Of a DNA stretch of 64,000 nucleotides, positions 1 to 12,559 are shown piece after piece. Every line of letters begins with the position of its first letter. The first letter of the stretch is position 1. A program made the position numbers and the translations under genes. Source of the stretch: Bugula neritina (taxonomy: Eukaryota; Animalia; Bryozoa); contig OZ037768.1 in assembly GCA_964035545.1 (NCBI GenBank), forward strand, positions 1,706,741 to 1,770,740, given 5' to 3'. The notes under the pieces are model-generated. The model made no database searches. It saw only the letters and a list, made by a program, of their open reading frames with translations, and had not been told where the DNA came from.

Positions 1-220
1 AGTATTTCTGTATTATAATAGTATTTCTGTATTACTTGTAGTAGTATGCCAGTCTTTGATGTCGGCTATTCTCAACTTTTCATACTCTGCAGTGCTTTAA
101 AATAGTCATGAAATATGCTGTTAATATTGAGTTAACCATGTAGGTATTAGGAGAGTTAATATATCTGGTGTCTGTTGGTGCAGTTATTCCTGGAGTTAAC
201 TCCTCTCTATGTTAATGCAG

Positions 221-3200
221 GTGTTTATGGAGTTAGCTCCCCCTACATACTCGAACTCCCTTTTCATGACAGTCTATATCTCGCCTCTCACTCACAGTGT
301 ACAAACTCATCAGAATATTGGAGCTAACGACTGTCTAGACGAGTTACTCAGTCGGATTGTTCAGAAGCAGAGCATAGCTGGGTGTGTAATTCAAACACTG
401 GTGTCTTATATATTTCAATATCTATTTATAACTTTATTTCTGAAGAGGAATATTATTCACATGATAATATTTAGGGTTATCACACACGGAATGATATACA
501 GGTGTACATGGATTATGTCAGTTGCTCTCTGTTTACTCATATACATGTTGTATCCTACTGTATTATGTGTTGTGCACTATTTGTACAGATTTGCCGAGTT
601 TCGAGACATGTTTACCTGCGTGCCGTTGGCGTTCATTGAGCTGGCCAAAGCTCGCCAACTGTCGGCCATTGATGAGACAACTCTACTAGACGTCATCAAG
701 CAGGTTTCCCTCACCTCACACTCCATACTCCTCTACTCCGTCGCCTCTCTCGTCAATCAGGCCAGACTCAGCCCCGCCCACCTCCGGGAGAAACAGCTCT
801 ACATCATCAACAACATTGCGGGCGTGTCCACCAGCGACCCGAACAGGTGCGAGTTTTGTGGAAAGTTCAAAGGCAAATTATGTTAATTTATATGATGAAA
901 ACCAGCAGCTGTATTAGAAAATTTTACATACAAATTTACATGCAGTGCTAAAGGTTTGGGTTAAAATTTCTAGCTTTCCTGTATGCAACTGTTTTAGGGA
1001 CATGATGTTGAAATCAATCATCACCAGGCTGCTCAGGGTTTCCGGATTCACCCGAGATTCTTCTGATGAGATGAACCACAATGAGCCAATAATGATAACA
1101 CTGGGGAAGTCTATAGAAACTGTCCAGGAGACGGGCTTCATGTCCAGCCCCCCTTACCGACTACTTGTGAATAGCATTAAGTTAACGGAGCCAAAGTGGA
1201 TAGTACAGAAGATGATTATGGTGTGTATTATATTCTAGTATATTGTGTATTGTATCCCAGTATACTGTGTATTATATTACAGTATATTGTGTATGATATT
1301 ACAGTATACTGTGTATTATATTACAGTATACTGTGTGTGCTGTGTATGCTATTATATATAATCCATTTTACTACATTACATAGCCATGTGTGTACTATAT
1401 AGCCTGTGGTCCATTGCTGCAGGTTATGTTCAAATGCTCATACATAGAGGACATATCCAGAGCCCTCTCGCTCCTCCACGTCATCTGCCACCTGCAGCTA
1501 CCAAAGCTGGTGAAGATGTTCCTCACAGAGTCCATACCAGATCTCCTTCACAAGACGGTCAAACCAACTTTTCTGGCTGAACCTCGCAGTCAGTCAGCGT
1601 GTCAGCTGATAGTCTGGGCTCTGGCAGCACTGCATGAACAAGGTGGGCTCGTCTTACTCATTGTATCCATTGTATCCCAGCGTACACACAGTGTAGCCCT
1701 AGCTCCAACACATAACACTGAAGTTCACATAACACTGAATGTCTCAAACTTGGAACTTCAAGCTAAAAGCTGGCAACTCAATCATGTAGAATATTTGCTA
1801 GCAGTTCTGCTCTAGTAGTTTCATGATTTTGAAATACACAAGACTAAGGAGTAAGCATCTAGGTTAAGATATTATCAGTAGGTTGAGATATTATCAGTAG
1901 GTTAAGATATTATCAGTAGGTTAAGATATTACCAGTAGGTTAAGATCTTACCAGTAGGTTAAGATATTATCAGTAGGTTAAGATATTACCAGTAGGTTAA
2001 GATATTATCAGTAGGTTAAGATATTATCAGTAGGTTAAGATGTTACCAGTAGGTTAAGATCTTACCAGTAGGTTAAGATATTACCAGTAGGTTAAGATAT
2101 TACCAGTAGGTTAAGATATTATCAGTAGGTTAAGATCTTACCAGTAGGTTAAGATATTATCAGTAGGTTAAGATATTACCAGTAGGTTAAGATATTATCA
2201 GTAGGTTAAGATATTATCAGTAGGTTAAGATGTTACCAGTAGGTTAAGATCTTACCAGTAGGTTAAGATATTACCAGTAGGTTAAGATATTACCAGTAGG
2301 TTAAGATATTATCAGTAGGTTAAGATCTTACCAGTAGGTTAAGATATTATCAGTAGGTTAAGATATTACCAGTAGGTTAAGATATTATCAGTAGGTTAAG
2401 ATATTATCAGTAGGTTAAGATATTATCAGTAGGTTAAGATGTTACCAGTAGGTTAAAATATTATCAGTAGGTAAAGGTATCAGTCTTTATTAATCATACA
2501 CTTCTCTTTGTAGAGGGTAATCCACATGCACAGCTGATACAAGAGCTGCTGGGTGAGTTTGTGTGACAATTTTATTATACATGTAATTTTACTATAACTG
2601 AAATATATTAATAAATATTTTATATAACTAAAATATTAAGTATTTAAAAGAATGCCTACAGTTGCACAGCCTGAAGTTGCATTTTTGTTTCCAAAAGTTT
2701 TTCACAGTATTTGAAGTATATCTGCAGGATTATATATGTGCATGACTCAAGGTTGGTTTTCCACAATTCATATAATAATGCTGTAGGTAAAGTGTTCATA
2801 CTAATGGAGAGCGTGTACAAGACGAGCGGCACTAACCAGGCAATATATATCATGGAGTTGCTAGTACAGAACATTCTGGAACTGGGACCTCCATATAACC
2901 GCATGCTACTGGCCAACATGCCCATCAAACTGGTGAGTATTTGTTTCCTAATACTAACTAGGTCACTGTACATACATTACTCTACCACTAACTATGTCAC
3001 TGTACATACATTACTCTACCACTAACTAGCTCACTGTACATACATTACTCTAATACTAACTAGGTCACTACATACATTACTCTATCACTAACTAGGTCAC
3101 TGTACATAGATTACTCCAATACTAACTACGTCAATGTACATGCATTACTCTAATACTAACTAGCTCACTGTACATACATTACTCTAATACTAACTAGGTC

Positions 3201-3490
3201 ACCCTGTACATACATTACTCTAGTACTAACTAGGTCACTCTACATACATTACTCTAATACTAACTAGCTCACTACACACAGAATACTCAAGTATTAAGTA
3301 GGTCACTTGTAGAGCTCAATAATCTTATGGTTATTCCATGTTGCAGATGATTAGGATGTTACCAAAAGATCAGAGGTTATTTGCTCTCTTGTGTGGGAGA
3401 CAAGATCTGACTGTAGAGGATGTTAACAGTGTGAGCTGCACGTTGCTGTATAAAATGACTCGTGCTGTCAGCATGGAGTCTGAGTCATGA
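221..3490 (+). CDS. MED24: Mediator complex subunit 24, 3' portion (5' end lies upstream of window); exons ~221-381, 589-846, 998-1220, 1423-1642, 2514-2552, 2787-2932, 3347-3490
   Basis: Exons join in frame at GT-AG. Peptides such as ...LLYSVASLVNQARLSPAHLREKQLYIINNIAG and ISRALSLLHVICHLQLPKLVKMFLTESIPDLL...LAEPRSQSACQLIVWAL match the recalled MED24 C-terminal region (AVAWLVAHVRML...EREKSLQMIRQLAG; RAVELLYSIFCLD...ILPGLL...DPPGTALAKLAVWCAL). Stop TGA 3488-3490; AATAAA at 3541. Confidence 0.8.
1860..2472. repeat. Intronic 19-bp minisatellite AGGTTAAGATATTA(T/C)CAGT, ~32 copies (MED24 intron)
   Basis: Directly visible tandem units. Confidence 0.95.
2948..3275. repeat. Intronic ~32-34-bp minisatellite CTAATACTAACTAGGTCACTGTACATACATTACT, ~10 copies
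   Basis: Directly visible tandem units after the MED24 donor at 2933. Confidence 0.9.
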
Positions 3491-3574
3491 ATGACAAGAA
3501 ATAACATACACATCATTGTATATATTTGTATATATTTAACAATAAAATGAAAAGGGCTGACAGTACCAAATGGT

Positions 3575-6500
3575 TTATTTGATTTTTTGCCAAGCATTTC
3601 GAAAATCTAACACATCAGATTTACGAAGTCGTCTCCCCACAGTTTCCTGTGGCGCATTAGAAACATCATCTACTAATGGTTTTCTTGGTACACTCTCTTC
3701 ATTTTCGCTATCACTTGACTCAACCTCCATTTCTGACTCTGAATCTTCATCCTGTTTCCTGTTTGAGTCAAACAGCGCATTACATAAGAGCAGCGGAAAT
3801 AAATGTGGAAACTCTACATTGACATATAGTCTAAGATCTATAAATTATACATAATGTAGTCAGTATTTCACTCAAATTCACTTATTATGAGCTGTATTTA
3901 CATCTAGTCTTATACTAAAAACATGGTAATTAACCGCACACTCTACACTGTCACACTCTACACTGTCACACTCTACACTGTCTCACACCTACACTGTCAC
4001 ACCTACACTGTCACACCTAAACTGTCTCACACCTACACTGTCACACTCTACACTGTTTCACTAACGGAAAACGTACCTCTTAGACTTTGGCAGCGTGTCC
4101 ATCAACAGCGAGTGAATGAAAGCTCTGCACAGAGTGTTTATAGACGGCATGGCTACACAGGAAGTCTCTCCAATCTACAGGAAGTACAGAAATGACCAGT
4201 AAAAATTGAGAAAAGTAGTGCAATATTGACAGACGACACAACCTCATACTAATGAAGCAAATAGGTAAGTAAAACTGCACCATCTAGAAATTAACTAGCA
4301 TTACATTTGAACAGCAACTTGTTATGGTGTCACTAAGTGTAGAGAACGTTTCCTTTAGGTCTGCTTTCACACTATAACTACTTCCATGAGCTTCGTCTAA
4401 TGGGTCTACTCCTCATGTTTTAATCAATCAAATATGCTATGAGACTTGCATACGAAATCCCAAACTCCACTCAGATATTCAAACAGAAAGTATACGTTGG
4501 ATGTTGAGGCAGAGAGTAGCTAACCTGTTGAACCAGCTGGGTGGCAGCCAACCCTCTTCTGCTGTCTATTTGTGCCTTGCTGTCTCTGTTCTGCTGGACA
4601 AGATTTCCAGCGAGCAGGTTGGCTAGAGGAGTCAGCTGCTGGTAGTTCTTAGCCAGACGGTTCTTGCTGGCTTCTTCCACTGTCGGCGTTACATCTGGAC
4701 GGTCAGCAACATCTTTGTCGTCCACCACTAACAGCGACTGGAATAACAACAACAACTACATAACAGTGACTACAGTAACAACAGTGAATACAGTACAATA
4801 ATGACTACAGTACCAGCAGTAACTACAATGCAACAGTGACTACAATACAAGAGTGAATACAATACAACAGTGACTACAATACAATGGTGAATACAATAAT
4901 GACGGCCACAACAGCTCCCATAATGGAACCATTACAATGTTACACACACAGTGTAGGTTATGAATATCATATATTATATAAATGATGGATGAATTTTTTG
5001 CTGCAGTTGCCTTATTTTGACAAGCACTGTGAGTTTCTTAGACTATTAACTTAGTATGAGACTCAAGTCAGCTTGTAATACTTACATCTCAATTACCTAC
5101 ACCTGTATTACCTACACCTGTAATACCTACACCTGAAATACCTACACCTGTAATACCTACACCTGTAAAACCCACACCTGTAATACTCACACCCCTAATA
5201 CCTACACCTGTAATACATACACCTGTATTACATACACCTGAAATACCTACACCTGTAATACCTACACCTGTAATACTTACACCTGTAATACATACACCTG
5301 TAATACCTACACCTGAAATACATACACCTGTATTACCTACACCTGTATTACCTACACATGAAAAACTTACGCCTGTACTGCTGGAGAGATAAACGCGGCG
5401 TTTCACTGAGTGAGGTGCAGTGGTAGCCTGTTTATTGGTGGTGAAAGCTGCAGTAGTTATGTTTCTGGCATAACTCGGGAAATCAATACTTTTCATATCT
5501 CCTGAACACGAGAACAAGTAACCTGTAACAGAATACAAAGCTCATGCTAGAGTAATAAATCCAACACAAAACAGGAATACAATAGAATCTCTGTAGACTA
5601 TCATTTGATTGGCTAACGGACTCTAGCCTTGACATATACCTATACTACTACATCATATGCAATATATACAGTATACAAGGTATACACAGAATTTACCTGC
5701 GCACCTATACTATCATAATATACATAATATATACAGTGTACAAGGTATACACAGTATTTACCTGCATTAGCAGAAAACCCAAGGAAGAAATCACTGAGTG
5801 GGTCAACCACTAGGAACTTGCAGCTTACACCTTCCCATTTATACTTCTCTAAAACATAGACGAGGCAGAAAATGCGTTAAAATAGGTTCATAGTTGGCAG
5901 AGTTAGAGTGAGTACACCATGAGAACACAACTACAGTACTAAATACAGAATTAAAAGGATACACTTTCAATGCTCATATCGCATCACACACAAACATGCG
6001 TCCATCTCATTCTCACCTGAGTAGGCAAGAAGGTCCCACAGAATGACATCATTCTCGGTTGCTATGGCGATATAATTAGCTTGAGCTCCGTGGCAGAACT
6101 TAGCAGACTTAATTTCAGACTTGAGATCAAAGGCCGTGCAGAGTTGGTTCTCAAAGGGGTCCCACAAAGTCAGCGAGTTCGCAAAGACGACAGCAAGAAT
6201 TGAGCCGTCGTCCGAGAACTCCGCAGACAAACAGTTCTTGTTTCTATAGTAACCAGTCGACTCCATCCTCCAACTCGAGCCGCTTTTCCCTGTACAAACG
6301 TGACAAGATAATGGGTTGATATACGGTCTAAATTTAGCTTCCACCTCCTCGGCATACATAGGAAGATGGAAGCTTTTACCAGTGAAATACTAAATAGCTC
6401 AATAAATAAGTTCTACTTTTAGTGAACTTGCAGAAACTGGCTTTTGCCAATAAAAAAGGTGTTTAAATGATGGTTTCACAATACAAGATATACTATAATT

Positions 6501-9500
6501 TGTATGTCAATTTCCTAGAGGCAAAACAGTTTCTCTTTCCTTTATCTTTATGGCCAGGTGTACCACATGTTACACCACAACTATATTAGTTTACTAAAAA
6601 TAACCTTGAACCTAAATTAATTAAAGTTTATTTTGTACAAAAATTTCCTTTAGGGAGGACACAACTCTTAATTGTAAGGGAGACATTGGGGACTTCTGAA
6701 AAGGGTCTATTAACAGTTTCTCATATAAATCTGCTCATATGTCAAGTCAAACTATATGGTGACTCATCTGCAAACAAAACATCAACAAACAGACGTTTAC
6801 TCACTGCCATCTGATTGGCTGTCAGTGATTCTCCACAGTTTAAACTTCCTGTCAGCTGACCCCACAGAGACCAGCATGATGGTCTGAGAGTCATCCTCAC
6901 TCGCACACATGGAGAACCTAACAGATGCCACGCCCCCCTGGTGTGGCCTGTCAATGTCAGTGTTAAGGACGTACCTAGTAATGAGAAACATTAACATGGC
7001 CGACGTAGTAAAGTAGTTACAAGCAGAAAGAACTATGGCAGACTCTACGGAAATAGTAAAAATAATATCCATCCATGCATTAAATGTTGCAATAAAACAA
7101 AACATAAATGGACTAGCTGTGAATGAAACGAAGAATATCATTGAAGAAAAGAGTTTCTCCCACTTTCTGACTGTACACGTACAGTCAGAAAGTGTATCAA
7201 CAGATTCAACCAATCAAATGACTGGACCCTCAGCAACCAGAGATGATGCGCCTCTAGAAACATATATAATATCTAAAAACAGGACAAGAGAATACGGAGT
7301 GAGCAGTGACTGAACGTACGAGCTAGTCTCGGTATCGTAGAACCACAGCTTCATCCTACACTGTTCAGAGTAGGAGCCTGACCATCTCTCCACCGTCACC
7401 ATCCATGAGCCGTCTGCAGTGAAGTCTACCAGCTCAATGCGAGTGTAGTTGTGTTGGTGAGCTATACTGTCTCCTGACGTGTAGTTCTGTCCCACTATAT
7501 CCAACTACAGTAGTCACATGACCACTTAGTGTATAGTATTATATAGTACAGTGTGACGTATATTATATAGTATATTATATATAGCACAGTGCTACATATA
7601 ATTTAGTCTGTCTAGTATAGCAGATAATAGTATTACATACGTATTATATAGTATAGTATCACGTATATTATACAGTTTAGTATTACATACATTATAAAGC
7701 AGAGTGTCTTCATTAAGTGAGTAGAACTGCAAGTGTCCCGGAAGACCATTCAACACCAGAGCACCAGAACGAGGCTCAAAATTAACGCCAGCAACAAACG
7801 CATCTTTGCCTGCACTAAGATGATCTCTGGTCAAACCTTGGAATATCTGAACCACTATCCAGTTTCTCACAACTTTGATGGCTAAAACAAAGTGCAATGC
7901 TATTAATAGCAACTGTGTACAAAGTATTAATAGCAACTGTGTACAAAGTATTAATAGTAACTGTGTATAAGTATTAATAGTAACTGTGTATAAGTATTAA
8001 TAGCAACTGTGTATAAAGTATTAACAGTAACTGTGTATAAGTATTAATAGTAACTGTGTACAAATTATTAATAGCAACTGTGTATAAAGTATTAATAGCA
8101 ACTGTGTATAAAGTATCATAGTATAACTATATGATGCAAATATTAAGAGTTATCTACTCCCAATGACTTCTTAAACAGCACTCACCTAATGGTTAGAGGT
8201 GTAAGTACAGACGTCATTTAGTACAACAAGTAAGAAATACAATGAGTACAATATATTAGATAGTGTGTTGCCTAAACTAACTTCTTTTACTCGCCCAATC
8301 TGCTACATTACAAGTGTGATAGATTAAGTTCCTTATGAGTAGAAGTAGACTCAGGGTTCCAGAGTGCCCCCCCCTACCCTTACAATTATCAAGATGAGAA
8401 GTGACGTAGACTGAGTTATCTTCAGAGGAGTTGATATGAGCGACGGGGGCTCCCAGTCTGGGGAGATACTCCCGCTGAGCCGGGTTGCCGTAGGCACCAT
8501 GACACCACTTCACCAACACGGACTCGTGACCACCGCTCAGCAGGTAGGAGCCTTCCGGAGTGAACTTGAGACTGAGCACTGGCAGTGCATGCCACGCCAC
8601 CCACGAGTGTTTGGCCTTCTTGGAGAGGACATTCGACCTGCAGTAACGTGTGTATTACATCACCAGAATGTGTGTACTATATCACCAGAATGTGTGTACT
8701 ATATCACCAGAATGTGTGTATTACATCACCAGAATGTGTGTTACATCACCAGAATGTGTGTACTATATCACCAGAATGTGTGTACTATATCACCAGAATG
8801 TGTGTACTATATCACCAGAATGTGTGTATTACATCATCAGAATGTATGTATGATATAAAATAATGTAACTGGAATGATTCACCAGCTATGGACACCATAG
8901 TGGGCTGCTACCTGTGCGTTATATTATCAACGGACATTTAAATATCTGAGATAGACAACATGGAAACTCAGCATATGATAGAGTTTTCCATGTTTATCTT
9001 ACAGATGAGGAGTTGTCCCCTTACTCACCAGATGTTTATTTTACCGTCAGCGTGTCCGACAGCCACGCAGTCCTCAGAGGGGTGGGCAGCGAGACATGTG
9101 GGTTTAGCCAGACACTGCATGACCTCCACCACATTGCTGTCATTGCTGACTCTGTGTCGCAGGGAGTTACCTCCCTTTACCAAGTTGAAGACGTCAAACT
9201 CGTTAGCGGATATTATGGCTGCTAGGAAGGAGCCCTGAAACACACACACACACACACAAACTAAGTACGGGTATACTAACTCTTTAGACTGAGTCTGTAG
9301 AAAAACAAGACATAATTTAAAATATTATTTAATATACGGGTAGAAACATGAGAGAGAATATATAAACTGATACGAAGATAGATAGTGGGGGAGTTGTCAC
9401 ACCTTGCCACCAATAGACACGTGAGAAGGCAGCTTCTTCATAGTTCTGGTGGATATGAAGTCAGCGGTGCTCCATGTTTCCATCTGCACTGTTTGCTTCA

Positions 9501-11995
9501 GGAACCTGTAGCCACCTGTCAACAAGCACCGACTATGAGTATTCAGTAAGGCAGACACATGTCAACAATGTGTCATGAGCCTCCGTAAACTGTATGACTA
9601 AACTATACCCTATATATAGAGTATGACTAACTATACCCTATATATAGAGTATGACTAACTATACCCTATATATAGAGTATGACTAACTATACCCTATATA
9701 TAGAGTATGACTAAACTATACCCTATATATAGAGTATGACTAACTATACACTATATATAGAGCATGACTAACTATACACTATATATAGAGTATGACTAAC
9801 TATACCCTATATATAGAGTATGACTAACTATACCCTATATATAGAGTACGACTAACTATACACTATATATAGAGTATGACTAACTATACCCTATATATAG
9901 AGTATGACTAACTATACCCTATATATAGAGTATGACTAACTATACACTATATATAGAGTATGACTAACTATACCCTATATATAGAGTATGACTAAACTAT
10001 ACACTATATATATAGAGCATGACTGAACTATACACTATTTATAGAGAGTATGACTAAAGTTCACTCGCCTTTCTCCTCAGGATTATCTCCACCTGGAGTC
10101 TTGACGAGATAAATGAAGTGTTTCTTATCATTTGGCAGATCATACATTCCGTAGACAGCCAGTGGTGTAGAGCTGTCTAGACAACTGGGGGTGGTAGTCT
10201 ACAGTGACACAATATAATAAACCAATCAACTTAGACAAGACACACAGCAAAGTCTGAGAAAAGCATATTTAAGAACTACAAGCATATAACTCAAAAACAA
10301 ATTATATACAAGAAGTAATGACTAATTAGCAGGTAATAAAACAGGTGCTTAGTGCATGCAATTTCAATCAAACCAATATATGATAAAAAACCCTACAACT
10401 AATAAAAGACAGAAACCACACATTATGCTGTTAATGTCTTAAACGTGGGCACAAGATGTGCTTGATATAACATGTACAATACTTCAGATAATTTATATTT
10501 TTAGAAACTTGCAAAATAAAATACCCTACTTGCAGTTTAAATTTGTTAACACTTTTCTATTATATACAAAATCACATCTAGTAAAAAATAGAAGACTTCA
10601 CCCACTACCATTTCTTACATACATTTATGAGAACTCCATCTTCAAAGTTCCATCTCTTAATAGTGCCGTCCAGTGAGCTGCTTAGCGCCTAAAGTTTACA
10701 ACAACAAATAAAGAATATAAAACAGTCTATAGAATCTAATAAATCATAAATCTTTAGTTCAACTCGCTTTAACTCATGATACGTTACGAGAACGGGTATG
10801 CCATTCATAAAAGGATGTGTATAATATAGACTACAATATAAGAATAAGATACATAGTCTAGTGCAGTGTAGTGTAGTAGAGCATAGTTTATATTGCAGCG
10901 TATATAGTACAGTGCAGAATATAAATAAGTAAATATGAAAATCAACAATGCTTTGAGGTAACTATCTAATAAATATGCCGAGTGAGATCAACCTGGAACT
11001 GATTTGCTGGATTGAACAGAACACTGGTTACTAGATCCTGATGACCACGTAGCACATGGACACATTGTCCACTACGTATTGAGTATACTTTCACATCACA
11101 GCCAGAACAGCATAACAAAAACCTGCAAAATAAACTACATTACATACCAAGAAACATTCAGCAGGATTAACTCAATGTGCAGGTAACACCATAAATTTTA
11201 TTTGGCAAGCTACATGCCAAACTATATATGAATGTTGATACACAAAAAGTAATGCATGGAACTAGCGAAGATGGTGAGAAAAATTTTTAAATAAAAACTT
11301 GATTGACAATAAAATATCACTAAACTAAAAGACTTAAATAAATTAGCTTCAATTTAAATCTAAAGATATTTTATAATAATAATATATTAATTGCATTTTG
11401 ATCTACAAATACTTATATTAGACTTAGTGTAAATTATTAATTTTAAAAGAATGATAATGATTCATTACACAGAGTTCAACTTCAAGAGTGAATTGCATTT
11501 AATTTAAATATACAATAAACTAGCTGAGCTGTTGACAATTAAACAGTGCTATATGAGTATATGCTCAGTGGTGTGAGTGTCAGTGTGAGAAATTATAGAC
11601 ACCATGACCATTACTGTTACAATATTACTATTAGTATTAGTAATACTATTACTATTAGTATTAGTATTTATAAATTACCGTAAAGGCGTAACTATAGTAT
11701 ATTACTATAAGTATAACTATAAGTATAAAATTAAATATTAAATTTAATTAATATTATTAGTATAACTATAATTATAAGTATAACTATAAGAGTAAGACTT
11801 AGACTAAGTTACTGTTAGAATCAAAATGTGATGCTCATACTGATACCCATACTCATAGTCATAGTCTAAGTCATACTGATACTCATACTGATAGAACTCA
11901 TTTAGTTGTACGTACCTTTTGTCTTTTGATACAATAGGAGAATAAGAAGTGATGCTTTCAGTATCCGCTAATCTAATAGTTAGTGCATTGTCCAT
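3575..11995 (-). CDS. WDR75: WD repeat protein 75 (UTP17/NAN1, SSU processome t-UTP); ~17 exons
   Basis: Spliced N-terminus MDNALTIRLADTESITSYSPIVSKDKRFLLCCSGCDVKVYSIRSGQCVHVLRGHQDLVTSVLFNPANQFQALSSSLDGTIKRW. Diagnostic WHALPVLSLKFTPEGSYLLSGGHESVLVKW...LPRLGAP, LVLNGLPGHLQFY, FSDDGSILAV, MPSINTLCRAFIHSLL and an acidic tail. Stop TAA at 3577-3575. Confidence 0.92.
3937..4060. repeat. Intronic ~15-bp tandem repeat CACACTCTACACTGT
   Basis: Visible tandem units in the last WDR75 intron. Confidence 0.85.
5094..5357. repeat. Intronic 15-bp minisatellite TACCTACACCTGTAA, ~17 copies
   Basis: Visible tandem units just 3' (minus strand) of the WDR75 donor at 5370. Confidence 0.9.
7900..8115. repeat. 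Intronic 23-24-bp minisatellite TATTAATAGCAACTGTGTACAAAG, ~9 copies
   Basis: Visible tandem units near a WDR75 acceptor. Confidence 0.9.
8648..8850. repeat. Intronic ~22-bp minisatellite TGTGTACTATATCACCAGAATG, ~9 copies
   Basis: Visible tandem units near a WDR75 acceptor. Confidence 0.9.
9593..10057. repeat. Intronic 28-bp minisatellite GTATGACTAACTATACCCTATATATAGA, ~16 copies
   Basis: Visible tandem units filling most of the WDR75 intron 9516-10068. Confidence 0.95.
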
Positions 11996-12559
11996 TACAA
12001 GTCAGTAAGTTACTTACAGCTAACAAATAACCGTAAAAAATTGGAATTTAAAAAAACTCGTGTGACCACAAGCATTGAATCGTGCACACAGGAACTGACA
12101 TTCAAGCTGCTAGAAGTGGCGTCGCTGATTATAGTTGTTGCTCTGAACTATAGCTTCTTAGAGTTCTAAAGCTCAAATGAGTTGTGCAGTACGTAAATTA
12201 ACCCACTTTTGACAAAGTAGATGTTATTGGTTCTTGGGCAACATCTCTTGGAAACTGATAAACGGATGAGAAAAATATTTATATTCATACTTTATTAGAG
12301 ATCAATAGACTCCAGTTATTTAAGTAATATTCTGGGCGTTTTGGCGTATCTAATTATAACTATTTTTAAGCTATCCAACATTTTTTATTTATTTTTGTTG
12401 GTTTCTTAGGCTCAATTTGAGCTTTAAATCTACACATTATGATTAATATTTTGTGCCTTAAAACTGAAAGTTGCTTAACCGTTGGTTAAGCATTTACTTT
12501 CTAGCTTCTCAATATAAATTAAAACTACTAAAGTCCTAAAGTCAGACTCAAAGATCAGA
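11996..12559. promoter_or_regulatory. Probable bidirectional promoter / 5' UTR region between WDR75 and the LRR gene
   Basis: Head-to-head start codons 564 bp apart; transcription start sites not directly identifiable. Confidence 0.5.
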
